From: Octopus sinensis
Taxonomy: Eukaryota
DNA length: 64,000 nt
Reading direction: 5' to 3'
Assembly (NCBI RefSeq): GCF_006345805.1
Contig: NC_043004.1
Location: 102,796,001-102,860,000 of the forward strand
In this document: positions 25,620 through 38,201 of the stretch, in pieces
Numbering within the stretch: the stretch's first letter is position 1
Layout of the letters: the number at the start of each line of letters is the position of its first letter
The notes under the pieces: generated by a model
What the model was told of the DNA's origin: nothing
The model's database searches: none
Seen by the model: the letters and a program-made list of their open reading frames with translations, nothing else
Program-made: the position numbers and the translations under genes

Positions 25620-25822
25620 CAACATGTGACCTCGTGAGTACCGCCAGCAATTTTTTTTCCTCTGTCTTCCCTTCTCGGGATCTTTCCTTCTCCTTTGTTT
25701 CCGACGAAGAGCTCTGCTCGAAACGTTAAACCCTCCTTCCCTTCTTTCCTGAGCATCCAATAATACTTTATTTGTTCCACGTCCTCGTGTTGCTGTGTTT
25801 TTTTGTGTTTTCTTGTTTGGAT

Positions 25823-25830
<8 letters not shown>
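25620..25830 (+). mobile_element. Penelope-like pseudo-LTR remnant in a TA run
   Basis: Pyrimidine-rich 200-bp unit between TA microsatellites containing a hammerhead-like motif. Confidence 0.5.
25697..25731 (+). ncRNA. Minimal type I hammerhead ribozyme-like motif
   Basis: GUUU-CCGACGA-A-GAGC(UCU)GCUC-GAAA-CGUU-AAAC: stem I, core (U4C variant), stem II, GAAA, palindromic stem III AACGUU. Confidence 0.55.
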
Positions 25831-25868
<38 letters not shown>

Positions 25869-25906
25869 TATATATGTATATATATATATATGTATATATA
25901 TATATG

Positions 25907-25995
<89 letters not shown>

Positions 25996-26090
25996 GTACA
26001 TATATATGTATATATATGTATGTATGTATGTATTTTTATATATGTATATATGTGTTTGTGTGTAAATAGATAGATAGATAGATAGATAGA
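25828..26090. repeat. (TA)n/(TATG)n/(GATA)n microsatellite
   Basis: Visible directly. Confidence 0.95.
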
Positions 26091-26793
26091 TATAGAGACA
26101 AATATATAAGAGTCAAAACAGAGGAGGGATACATAGACAAGAGAAGGAGAGAGAGGCAGGGGGGGAGAAAGATAAGGATAGAGGTCCATAGAAGAGGGAG
26201 GATGCAAAGTATAAGGAGAAGAGGAAGTGATAAGTATATGGAAGAGAAAATATAGAAAAAAAATAGTTAACTGTAGTGATCGGTTGATTGATTGAGCAGA
26301 GAGGCGATGGGGAAGCAGAGAAAGAAAATGGAAAGAAGTTATTTCAGAATAAAGATCATTTGCCAAAATGGAAAGAAATGTATGAAGAAAGAAAAGACTT
26401 TTGGATGCTGTTGTTGAACCAATGAAAGAAGAAGAAATAAGAACAAATTGAAAGAAAGTGATATAACTGACAAAAGAAATAAATGGATGTTGAAATATGT
26501 AGCAATTATGAATTAGTGGGAATAAGGTGAAGGAAGGTGAAGGAAATTTATAGATTCTTAAGTTAAGAAATAGATTGAAGAAGTAAAATGGACAATTAAT
26601 GTATGATCTGAAAAAAAAAAATGGTTTCAAAAATATTTAAGGAATACATTTGCAGGTTGAAAGTGGAATGATGGTGTGTGGAAAATGGAAGACTATTTCA
26701 CAAAAATTAATATAAAAACATGATCAGATTTATGTCAATAAGGGGAAAAAGAGCATTAAAAATAAGGCAATATTTCTGATTACTGATAGACTT

Positions 26794-27128
26794 TTGTGGA
26801 TTCCATGGACAGCGAGGCTCACCAATGGAGAAGTTCTTAAGCAGATAAGGCCGAAAATGTCGCTAGAAGCTGGGATAATCAAGCGTAGATTGGCATATTT
26901 CGGTCATATTATGTGGAGAGAATCCCTGGAGAAGGACATCATGCTCAGAATGGTCTGTGGCAAGAGAGGAAGAGGCCGACCAAGAACCCACTGGCTTGAC
27001 ACCATCAGGAGTGATACCGGAATGGACATGGCCAATCTGAAGGAAGCGGCCCAGGATAGAACTGACTGGAGGACACTGATCCAATGAGTGACCGAGAGTC
27101 GACTTTGACTGAGCGGAAAGAGAGAGAT
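26794..27128 (+). mobile_element. RTE (BovB-like) LINE 3' end, ORF C-terminus
   Basis: IPWTARLTNGEVL...RLAYFGHIM..ESLEKDIML...GKRGRGRPRTHWLD...DRTDWR, then short GA tail. Confidence 0.85.
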
Positions 27129-27132
27129 AAAG

Positions 27133-27741
27133 AGGACGGCTGTGTAAAAAAGTGCCGATCTCTAACTGTGGAGGGAACCTGTGGTAGAGGTAGACTCTGG
27201 AAGAGATGAGATGAAGTGGTGAAGCATGAGCTTCAAACTTTGAGTCTCACAGAGGCAATGATTAATGACCAAGACTTTTGGCAATATGCTGTGCTTGAGA
27301 AGACCTGTCAAACCAAGTGAAATCGCAATCATGGCTGATGCTGGTGTCATGTAACAGGCACCCATGCCAGTGGCATGTAAAGAGTACCTCTTGAGCATTA
27401 GGCCCCATGGAGGAAAAGTGACTGAGTTCCTTTTGAGCATTGGGCCTCAAGGAGACAAAGTGGCTAAATTCTTCTTGAGTGTTGGACCTCACACAATCAA
27501 TGACTGAGACCTTTGGCATTATATTGTTGTGGCAGATACCAGTGTCACACAAATGGCACCTGCGCCTGTGGCATGTAAAAGCACCCATTACACTCTCAGA
27601 GTGGTTGGTGTTAGGAAGGGCATCCAGCTGTTGAAAACCATGCCAAATCAGACTGGAGTCTGGTTTTGCCTTCCAGGTTACCAGCCCTGGTCAAAGCATC
27701 CAACGCATGCCAGCATGGACAATAGACGTTAAATGACGATG

Positions 27742-27760
<19 letters not shown>
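27133..27760 (+). mobile_element. Second RTE LINE family: ORF C-terminus plus 3'UTR and (GAT)n tail
   Basis: CVKKCRSLTVEGTCGRGR...EVVKHEL..L.LTEAM..DQDFWQYAVLEKT, continuous with the abundant 3'UTR repeat. Confidence 0.8.
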
Positions 27761-27773
<13 letters not shown>

Positions 27774-27906
27774 GGTCATGATGATGATGGTGGTGGTGGT
27801 GGTGGTGGTGGTGTTGGTATTGGTGTTGGTGGTGGTGGTGGTGGTGGTGGTGGTGGTAGTGGTGGTGGTGGTGGTGGTGGTGGTGGTGGTGATGATGATG
27901 ATGATG
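27735..27906. repeat. (GAT)n/(GGT)n trinucleotide run
   Basis: Visible directly; extends the LINE tail. Confidence 0.95.
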
Positions 27907-28329
27907 AAAACAGAAAGAAGTTCTTAATAAGTTAAGTCACGGACATAGTTGCATATCCCAGTTACAACTAATTTGTTTCATGTAATTCCCTAAAAAACTT
28001 TTACATTAGAATGAATGATATAACTTCCTATTTCCTTACCTTTTCCCTTTCCTGCCTCTAAAATTAATAGATGGATCCTTGTGTTCCAATAAAAGAATGT
28101 AAGTCTATTATGTTGTTTTCTTTTCTAAATTATCCATATTTCCAAAGTGGTCAAGGTTGAACAATTTTTGAAAATAGGGAATTGGAAGATATGATAGTGT
28201 TGATCAAAATACTTTGAGGTATTCAGTTACAGCCTTTCACCTTCTGAGTTCAAATTCTGTTGTGATCAACTTTACATTTTGTCCTTCTGTGGTTGAAAGG
28301 AAAGAAATTTCACACAATTTCAGAAAGTA

Positions 28330-28599
28330 TACTCTCTCTTTTTACTCTCTTCTACTCTCTTTTACTTGTTTCAGTCATTTGACTGCAGCCATGCTGGAGC
28401 ACCACCTTTAGTCAATCAAATCGACTCCAGGACTTATTCTTTGGAAGCCTAGTACTTATTATATTGGTCTCTTTTGCCGAACTGCTAAGTTATGGAGAAG
28501 TAAACACACCACCATCGGTTGTCAAGCGATGTTGGGGGGACAAATACAGACACACAAACATATACACACACATACATACATATACATATATATATATAT

Positions 28600-28640
<41 letters not shown>

Positions 28641-28800
28641 TACAACTGGCTTCTCTCAGTTTTTGTCTACCAAATCCACTCACAAGGCTTTGGTTGGCTT
28701 GAGGCTATAGTAGAAGACACTTGCCCAAGGTGCCACGTGGTGGGAATGAACCTGGAACCATGAGGTTGGTAAGCAAGCTACCTACCACACAGCCACTCCA
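28330..28800 (-). mobile_element. tRNA-derived SINE family A
   Basis: Reverse complement of 59730-60114 with internal TA microsatellite. Confidence 0.85.
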
Positions 28801-29109
28801 GTGCTCGTATAAATATTCAGATTCTTAAGTGCCAGTCTGATACATAATATATATTCGCTGAAGCAGGATGGTAGATTGGTACCATCAGTAGAAAGATAGG
28901 CAAAAAGCCTTGAGGCATTACTTGTATACTTGTCTGAGTTGAAAACTTACTGAGGCTATCTTTGCTTTTCATCCTAATTAATAGTTGAGTACTGACCTCA
29001 ATCTAACCAACTATGTATCAACCATCACCTTTGAAGTTTTTTGCTTATGGAAATTATTATTAATCAAAAATCAAAATCAAAATCAAAATCAAACCAAATC
29101 AAATCAGAT

Positions 29110-29605
29110 ATCAGAAAGCAGAACCAAAATCGAAGTCGATCAACATCAATGGAAATTGCAGCTGTGATACCAGTGCCGGTGACAAGTAAGCGAACCATCC
29201 GATCATGGCCGTTGCCAGCGCCGCCCCGACTGGTCTCCGTGCTGGTGGCATGTAAAAAGCACCATCTGTTCATAGCCATTGCCAGCCTCGCCTGGCCCCC
29301 GTGCCAGTGGCACGTAAAAAGCACCATCCGATCGTGGCCATTGCCAGCCTCGCCTGGCCCCCATGCCGGTGGCACGTAAAAGGCACCATCCGTCCGTGGC
29401 CATTTGCCAGCTCCGTCTGGCACGTAAAAAGCACCCACTACACTCACAGAGTGGTTGGCATTAGGAAGGGCATCCAGCCGTAGAAACACTGCCAGATCAG
29501 ACTGGGCCTGATGCAGCCTTCTGGCTTTACAGACCCCAGTTGAACCATCCAACCCATGCTAGCATGGAAAGCGGACGTTAAATGAGGATGATGATGATGA
29601 TGATT
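29110..29605 (+). mobile_element. RTE-type 3'UTR with tandem subrepeats and (GAT)n tail
   Basis: Same family as 23935-24296 and 40567-41222. Confidence 0.75.
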
Positions 29606-29986
29606 ATTTCATTGGGAGAGCATGATAGATGGCTGGTTCAGTAGATGATCAGACAAAATGGCTTGTGCTACTCAACTACATCTCTGTGTAGCCAGCCTGT
29701 TGGTTTGAATGTTGTGCTCACAACTGCAAAGTTATGTTCGATTCTAGGGCTGAACATCATGTTATCATCCTCCTCCCCATTATCATCATCATTATAATCA
29801 TCATAATGCTAGCATGGGGTTGGATAGTTTGACCAGTGCTGGCAAGTCGGAGAGCTGCACCAGGTTCCAATCTGATTTGGTTTGGTTTCTACAGCTGGAT
29901 ACCATTCTTAATGCCAACCACTTTCCAGTGTGTGCTTGGTGCTTTTAACATGGCACCAGCATGAGTGCCTTTATATTGAACCAGTA

Positions 29987-30212
29987 ATAAGGCGGCGAGC
30001 TGGCAGAAACATTAGCACGCTGGGCGAAATGCGTAGCTGTATTTCGTCTGCCGCTACGTTCTGAGTTCAAATTCTGCCGAGGTCGACTTTGCTTTTCATC
30101 CTTTCGGGGTCGATAACTTAAGTACCAGTTATGCACTGGGGTCGACGTAATCTGTTTGTCTGTCCTTGTTTGTCCCCTCTGTGTTTAGCCCCTTGTGGGT
30201 AGTAAAGAAATA
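29987..30212 (+). mobile_element. tRNA-derived SINE family B with 15-bp TSD
   Basis: GGCGGCGAGCTGGCAGAA head, B box GAGTTCAAATTC; TSD tatattgaaccagta at 29972-29986 and 30213-30227. Confidence 0.9.
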
Positions 30213-30761
30213 TATATTGAACCAGTACAAATGCCATTTATGTGACACCAGCACAGGACTCTTGCAGGACAATCCTCTTCACATGAGGGTTTGGCCTTGA
30301 CACTTCTGCTGTGGAGGACGGGTCTAGTCCCTCCACTTTATATTATTCCAATTCACTCAAATGAAAATGAGTACCAGTAATTGTTATGGGGGTAGGGTCA
30401 TGCCTGCAATGGATTGGCTCTCTAAAATTGCTGACCTTGAGCCAAACTTGGAAACAACGTTTGGTGTGTCTGTTGGCGGAGATAGTCTTTCAGAAACTGA
30501 TTTCAAGAGGCTGAATCATCAAGAGAGAGAGAGAAGGAAATGTTTTAGTTAAAAACCGATGACACATCCTTGTCATTGGTTTTCTTTCACCCTTTTTTTT
30601 TTTTTAACAATAAGTAAGAGAAGGAGGGGAAGCACTTGTGGCTTTTGCAGACCCACCCAAACTGAAGAGATTGATTACGTTTCATGTTCATCTTGTTAGT
30701 AGGCAAATCATGGGCAAGAAGGGCAAGAAGGGCAAGAAGCAACGGTTGTGGCATTAGCTGC

Positions 30762-30907
30762 AGAGGCAGCAGCAGTGGCAGCAGCAGCAGCAGCAGTAGT
30801 AGTAGTTGTAGTAGTAGTAGTAGTAGTAGCAGTAGTAGCAGCAGCAGTAGTGTAGTAGTAGTAGTAGTAGTTGTAGTAGTAGTAGTAGTAGTAGCAGCAG
30901 CAGTAGT

Positions 30908-30941
<34 letters not shown>

Positions 30942-31010
30942 CAGCAGCAGCAGCAGTGGTAGTAGTAGTAGCAGTAGTAGTAGTAGCAGTAGTAGTAGCA
31001 GTAGCAGTAG
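30762..31010. repeat. (CAG)/(TAG) trinucleotide microsatellite
   Basis: Visible directly. Confidence 0.95.
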
Positions 31011-31290
31011 ACGCAAAGAGTGTTCCTTGCTCCATGTTTGAAATGGTGTTTGCATTATACTTTGTATGGCACTCCATTCTTAGCTTTACTATTTTTGGTG
31101 ACCATAGCAGGGGGTTGTCAGCTTTCCAGTCTTAACAAGATGGTCTTCCCTGCAGAAATGTTGTGGAAAAAAAAATGTGGTATAGCTCCAAACTACCAAG
31201 GTACTACTTGGATACTTCATGTTCTGGAAAGTTCCTGAATAATCTGTAAAACATCCAGAAGAAACTCACAATCACATACTCTCTATACCC

Positions 31291-31695
31291 TTTTACTTGT
31301 TTCAGTCATTTGACTGTGGCCATGCTGGAGCACCGCCTTTAGTCGAGCAAATCGACCCCGGGACTTATTCTTTGTAAGCCCAGTACTTATTCTATCGGTC
31401 TATTTTGCCGAACCGCTAAGTGATGGGGACGTAAACACACCAGCATTGGTTGTCAAGCAATGCTAGGGGGACAAACACACATACACAAACACACACACAT
31501 ACACATATATATATATATATATACATATATACGACAGGCTTCTTTCAGTTTCCATCTACCAAATCCACTCACAAGACATTGGTCGGCCTGGGGCTATAGT
31601 AGAAGACACTTGCCCAAGATGCCACGCAGTGGGACTGAACCCGGAACCATGTGGTTGGTTAGCAAGCTACTTACCACACAGCCACTCCTGCGCCT
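31291..31695 (-). mobile_element. tRNA-derived SINE family A, near full length
   Basis: Near-identical to 51661-52060 and to the reverse complement of 59730-60114. Confidence 0.9.
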
Positions 31696-32609
31696 GTTTC
31701 ATATTTTTCCTACTTAATTATGAATCATTGTTATTATTTAGTCTCAAGTCAGTTTTGATTGAGTAGACCCATGATCAAGACCTACCATCCGTAAACATCC
31801 TGTCTTATTTACTGACATAATTCCTTTATCCAATGTCTCCCTCTTTTCCCCATTTTTCTTTTAGATTATAAGGACTGGTTTGAAGGAGAATTTGGTTGCT
31901 ACTTCTAGCAGGCCAAATAACCACATAAGTCACCAAGGATAAGTTCTTATGATCACGTGACTACATTTAGTCCATTTTAAATGTTTTAATCTATGAGAGA
32001 ATTTCACTAAGATGAGGAAAAGTGCAGGTGTGTGAGACATTCTGGAAGGTGGCAATGGATATCATTTGTGACTGACATATAAATAAATACATCCATTGAT
32101 CAAAATATTCAGGCAGTTTTGAACTGAATAATCAATGACTCCAACAAAAACAACAACAACAATAATACCAGCCATACCCAAGAATATTTATAGATCAATC
32201 AATAATGTTTTTATATTTACATTTGCTATTCACTGCATACATTTTCTCTTTCAATATTACTCCAGCTGTTTCAACTGGCACTTTTTACATAGAGTCTAGA
32301 TGTATGTGGATTCTGAATACCTGGGTTCTTTCTACCTAGCTAGCTATATTATCTAAGTTTTGAATCTTACTAGCAATTGCAAGGCAGTGAGGAAGCAAAA
32401 TTGGTAGCATGCCGGGCTAAAGGTATAGCTGCATTTCATCTGTCTTTATGTTTTGAGTTCAAATTCTGACAAGGTTGACTTTGCCTTTCATCATTTTGGG
32501 GTCAATAAAATAAGTATCAACTGGGCACTGGAGTTAGTGTATAGTGTAATTGCTGGCCTTGTGCTAAAATTTGAAAATAACATTACTATTTATTGTACAC
32601 TTTGACTGC

Positions 32610-32876
32610 CATCCATGCTGGTAGCACGTAAAAACCACCAAATGATTGTGGACATTGCCAGCCTCCTCTGGCCCCTGTGCCAGTGGCATGTAAAAAGCAC
32701 CCACTACACTCACGGAGTGGTTGGCATTAGGAAGGGCACCCAGCTGTAGAAACACTGCCAGAGCAGACTGGAGCCTGGTGCCCCCTCCCGGCTTCCCAGA
32801 CCCCGGTCGAACCATCCAACCCATGCTAGCATGGAAAACGGACGTTAAACGATGATGATGATGATGATGATGATGT
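32610..32876 (+). mobile_element. RTE-type 3'UTR/(GAT)n-tailed repeat
   Basis: Family motif plus gatgat tail. Confidence 0.75.
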
Positions 32877-35144
32877 ACTTTAAATTCAATTAGAGTGATT
32901 GCATAGAGGTCCAGTACATCGGATAGAATTTCTTCAAGCTCTTTACATTCTAAGTTCAAATACTGCTGAAGTCAACACCAATAAATTTGACCCAACAATC
33001 CTTACCATCATTGACATCATCATCATCACCACCATCACATCATCAATACCACCACCACTGCCACTATCACTACCACCGCCTCTGCCACCACCACTGCCAC
33101 CACCATCACAGCCACAATTATTATTATCATCATTGTTATCATGACCATCACAATGGGCTTTTTTCAGTTTCCATCTAATTCACACACAAGGCAATTTGGT
33201 TGGCCTTGGGCAATAGTACAAAGTACAAATCACTTGTCCACTTCGGCAAAATAGACCAATATAATAAGTATCAGGCTTAAAAAATAAGGATGGACTACTC
33301 TGTTTACGGTTTTCTTTAGTCATTATACATGTAGGGGTTTATAAAAATTCAAGGAGGTTATGGTAGTTAATATGCAATTCAGACCAAAGCAATTTAGTAG
33401 ATGGAAAACCAAATGAACAGAGTGAAATCTTGTTTTGAAGTACAAGAATTTGACAAATGTTTAAACAGTGAAGAAGGCAACACGGCAGGAACAATGGGAA
33501 AGGAACAAATGAGCTTAATTAAAGTGTTTAGATAGAGATGTTGAGTTCTTGGTTTGGTCAAATGAATATGAAGTCTTCTCATTGAATAAAAATACTTTTC
33601 TTTTGAGCTAATATACAATGGTATAATATTCAATTCTATTAAAGGTTGAAATTTTGTGAGGAAGCAGATGGGGGGGGGGTGCTAATCGAATGCATTGGGA
33701 ACTGTGCTCAACTTATTTTATTGATCCTAAAAGGAGGAAAAGCAATGGTGACCTTGGCAGGATTTGAACTCAGACTGTAAAGCTGGGAGAAATGCCACAT
33801 GTGTTTTGTCTGACTTGCTAATGATTTTGCCAACTCACTGCTTACTACAGAGATACAATCATCATCATCATCATTATCATCATCATCATCATCATTTAAC
33901 GTCCATTGTCCATGCTGGCATGGGTTGGATGCTTTGGCTGGGCTGGCATGCTGTGCCAGGATCCAGTCTGATTTGGCATGGTATTCTTCAGCTGGATGCC
34001 TTTCCTAATGCCAACCACAATATTGATTTCAAATTTTGGTGCAAGATCAGCAATTTTGGGGCAGAGAACTCCAGAGTTCAACTGGTACTTATTTTATTGA
34101 CCCCGAAAGAATGAAAGGCAAAGCTGACCTCAGCAGAATGTGAACTTAGAATGCAAAGACAGATGAAATGCCGCTAAGCATTTTGTTTGGTGTGCTAACT
34201 TACAGAGATATAATATCAATACTTCATTTGTTTACAGCAGAATTTAATTGTTGGAAAACCTTGTAATTTAAGACAAACTTTCACATTGTGAAAATACATA
34301 AAACCCATATCATGTTCCCGTTTTAATTCAATTATTAATATCCTTGAGTTTTCCTTCCTCTATAGAAATTCACTTTGAGGAGAGAATGAGAGAGAGAGTG
34401 AATGAGTGGGTGAGTGAGTGAGAGGGAAGGAGAGATGAAGATGCGGTTAGACTCGTCCAGTTCAAGTAAGATCTGAGAAACACTATATAAGATTACTCAC
34501 AGATCAGCTGACTTTGGGATAAAGTATTATTACACGTAATGTTAGAACAGAGTTGTTGTTGCTATAGTTTACAATGAGTGGGGAGGAAATTTTTATTTAT
34601 TGATTTACTTTTTTTTCTTTACCCTGATGAGATAACATGGCTGAAGTGCTATTTTAAGATAATTAGCATGTCTGAGTGCTAATTTACACCTGGGACACTA
34701 TTTTAGAATGGCTAACGTAACTAGAGTCCTGATTAAGCAGATCTATAATCAAAGATATTTTAGCCTTGACCACCCCAGTTCTTCAGACATAGTGTACTTC
34801 AGTTTATATTATCCAACATGTCATTTTTTGTTTTTGTTTTTTTTTTCCTTAAGATGGTTATCTAAAAATAGGAGAGAATTGATTGTTATTTTTAGCTGGC
34901 CAAGTGATCACATAGAGGTTCCCTTGTTGACTCATATATAGTGTGGGAAGATAGACAGGACTCATTGCAAAAATTAGGAGAAATGTGAAGTCCTCATATC
35001 TTCACTACAATAATGTGTTGAAAGGGATTTTCAATGAAATAGGTCAGATTTAGCTTTAAATGTTATTGAATGTTTAATGATAGAAGGCAAGGTTTACGGT
35101 ATCGGAAGAATATCATTTCCTTCCATCATCTTTCTTGTTCTTTA

Positions 35145-35526
35145 TGTAGTTCAGGCTTCTGGCAGGTGAAGAGAAAAGACTTCAAGCACAAATGCTATTT
35201 ACAACTGGTTTATTTACAGGAAAGGTGAAGTGTACTACTCTCAGCCACCATCTTAAGCTCCGATAGTGTGGACACATTGCCTTTGGAGATAGACAGGCAG
35301 AAAACCTCTGCCAGTGCTGATGTTCAGCCAGTGCTGCTGTGTAATGGCGCCCAAGAAGAGGAATTTGAAGAGGGTTCTCCCTTTATATAGTTTTCTCCAC
35401 AACGAGCCTCATTTTCATCTTGCACATGGCAAATGGATGCAGGTGAGGTCTCGCTCCAGTCTCGGAGATGGCAATGGCTTCCGCGAGATCTCATCCAATA
35501 GGGCGCTGGCTGCTTGTGCCACTACA
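35145..35526 (-). mobile_element. Probable solo LTR
   Basis: TGTAGT...ACTACA termini; on the minus strand a TATA box (ctatataaa, ~35390) precedes AATAAA (~35210); no convincing TSD. Confidence 0.6.
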
Positions 35527-35629
35527 TACGTTACCAGATTCACATTTTCCAATAGACATGCATTGCAAAAGAAATACACCCCAGACTATGAACATTAGTC
35601 AGATCAGTAGAATTCTGGTTGAAGTATTT

Positions 35630-36890
35630 GATGATAGGAAGGGGATGGAAATTTATAGCATTGAGGACCATTTAGAGTTCTGATGAGACAACTAGATGAA
35701 GGCTACTGAGTAGATCTGTGATAAGTGTTAGTTTCCTGTCAAATGGAAGGTGACATGAAGGTGGAACAGTGTTTTAGACAGATACATTAAAGCTAAGGCA
35801 CAAATCTGGAACGAGGACAGAAAGGGGACAACAAAGAACAATACCATTTAGCTAGAAGAGAAGCTGTATGTCAAGCAGAAAGCAAGAAGTTTTACAGTAT
35901 CAGATGTTTAGGTTTGCAAAGCAGTGTACTAGAGAGAACCAAAACACTATTAGAGAGAAGTGTGTATGGAATGATAATGCCCTCAGTGACACTGAAAACA
36001 AAGAGACATTGAAATCCTATAAAGATGTTGCTAGATGAGGAAATGCATAGGAGAGAGAGAAAGTCTACCCCATGAAATCTCAACAGTGATTGGCCAGTGA
36101 AGTTGACAGTAGTAGAGTTGTAAGCACAACTATTGATATGAAGGTAATGGAAGACAGCAAGCTCACTAAGTATTGTCACTGGGATGACTAGAATATCCAG
36201 CAGAGTAGGTGACATGCTGGTACCACTCACGTAACCACTCAGTATAGGATGGCATAAAACCCAATGATCTGAGTAGCAGCACCATGAAAAACAATTACAG
36301 AGGTATTGAATTGTTGAACCAGAACATGAAAGTTATGGCAAAATCTATGACATAACTGATTAGGAAGAGAACTAGTAGAGATGAGATGTACTTTGCTTTT
36401 GTACCAAGAAGAAGTACTAATTCTATCTTCCTTGTCAGTCAACTGCAGCTGTACTTACATCAGATTAAATCCCTAAACCTAAAGAAAACTTTTGACAAAA
36501 TTCTATATTCTATAACCTGGTGGTTAGTTAGGAACCTAGAGATAGACAATGGCTTTTAAATTATGAATTTAGCATGGAGGTAGTGGTCCAACAGGGCTCA
36601 GCCATCAGCCCTTCTAGTTTTTATAATCCTTCAGGCTACAACAAAGGAATTTTAGATAGCTATCCATGGGAATTCCTGTATGCAAATGACCAAGTTTTTA
36701 TAATTAAATCTATAAAATTTAGAGAAATTCCTAGAATCAAGAAGTCTTGAAGTAACTTTTACAAATACCAAAGTTTTAATAAGTAGGAAGAGAGACAAGA
36801 CCTTATTTTCATTAAGGAAACAGCTTGTTCAATATGCAAAAAAGGGGTAGATACAGTTGCCATATAGTACATTCAGTGTACAAGATTTAC
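35630..36890 (+). mobile_element. Heavily decayed RTE LINE reverse-transcriptase region
   Basis: Remnants NYRGIELLN, DEMYFAFVPRRST..IFLVSQLQ, QQGSAISP, PWEFLYAND (YADD-like). Confidence 0.65.
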
Positions 36891-38201
36891 TGTACTTATT
36901 CTATCGGTTTCTTTTGCCGAACCACTAAGTTATGGGGACATAAACACACCAGACACACAAACATACACGCACATTCATATATATATATATATACACACAC
37001 ACATATATACGACGGGCTTCTTTCAGTTTCCGTCTACCAAATCCACTCACAAGGCTTTGGTCAGCTCGAGGCTATAGTAGAAGACACTTGCCCAAGGTGC
37101 CATGCAGTGGGACTGAACTTGGAACCATGTGGTCTGTAAGCAAGCTACTTACCACACAGCCACTCCTACACCTATAAAGATAAAAGTATTCACTAAGTCC
37201 TCTCTTTTCTAATTCGACAGAGTATTGTTTGAGGTAGATTTGTCAGCTATTTCTTGTGAGGTACCTTTGTTGAATCGTCCGTGTGTTGAACATAAAACTG
37301 ACCTAGACCTAAACTACAACAACAACATTCCAGCAACTACTCACTGGAAAGCAAAAGGGAAGATGACCACAACGATGATTACCATGATATTTCCAGGAAT
37401 TTTCTGAAAGTTGAAGTTAAGTAAAATATTTAACTGATGACTGAATGAGGAGAGAGGGAGTCTTTTGTATTTGCTGCCTGTTTTTTCTTGTCTACACTAA
37501 TCGTAATTACTGTCTTTACAATCGCTAATTAATATATAAAATTCTGTTTTACTGAATGGTCTGTTTACAAACTGAAAAGGAATTCTACTAAGAAATAAGT
37601 CAATTGTAAGAACAGCTGCATTGTTACACTTGCCCTAAAAAAGAAAACATATATAAATATTTCTCCTTGGATTTGAATAACTTCTCATTTATTTCCACAG
37701 CACAGTTTCATGTCAATCACAAAAGGATTGGTTTTAAACTTCCTGAGTTCTGTGACAATCATAGAGTTGAAAAATAGTTTAGAGAAGAGAAAAAAAAACA
37801 TTCAGTTTAAATGTTTGTTTAAAATTTTTGCATTAAAAGCAAAACGAAAAAAAAAAAAACTGTTTGCTGTTGGACAATAAAGTCTCTGATATTTATTTCT
37901 GTGGCTACACAAACTGTAGTTAGTACTAACAATTAATTCTTTCTTCCTTATATAGAAACTATGTAAATATAACTGGCTAAGGAGAAGGTCTACCATATTA
38001 TCAGATGAGGAGAGGTCAATGATTTTTATCTTGCTTTATCTCATGTTTATGGTTGAGTTTACTTCTTTCTGTGAGTGGTTATAAATAAGGTGATCTTTCG
38101 TTTTTAAGTCTACAGTAAGTGAAGGAAAGAATTCTTCAAAAGTCAGCACCAGACAGTGAAGAAAACTCAGCTAAAAAAATGAAAATAAAAGATTTAATTT
38201 T

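Noticed and set aside
25953-26630. 225-aa hydrophobic minus-strand ORF
   Set aside because: Low-complexity reverse complement of a purine-rich tract plus microsatellite
29190-29440. Regularly spaced ~60-bp repeats superficially like a CRISPR array (also 23935-24125 and 40770-41045)
   Set aside because: Tandem subrepeats within the RTE 3'UTR; no unique spacers, no cas genes, eukaryotic context
37400-38200. Repeat-free AT-rich stretch with TAAT and E-box motifs, possible enhancer
   Set aside because: Short motifs are expected by chance; needs conservation or chromatin data
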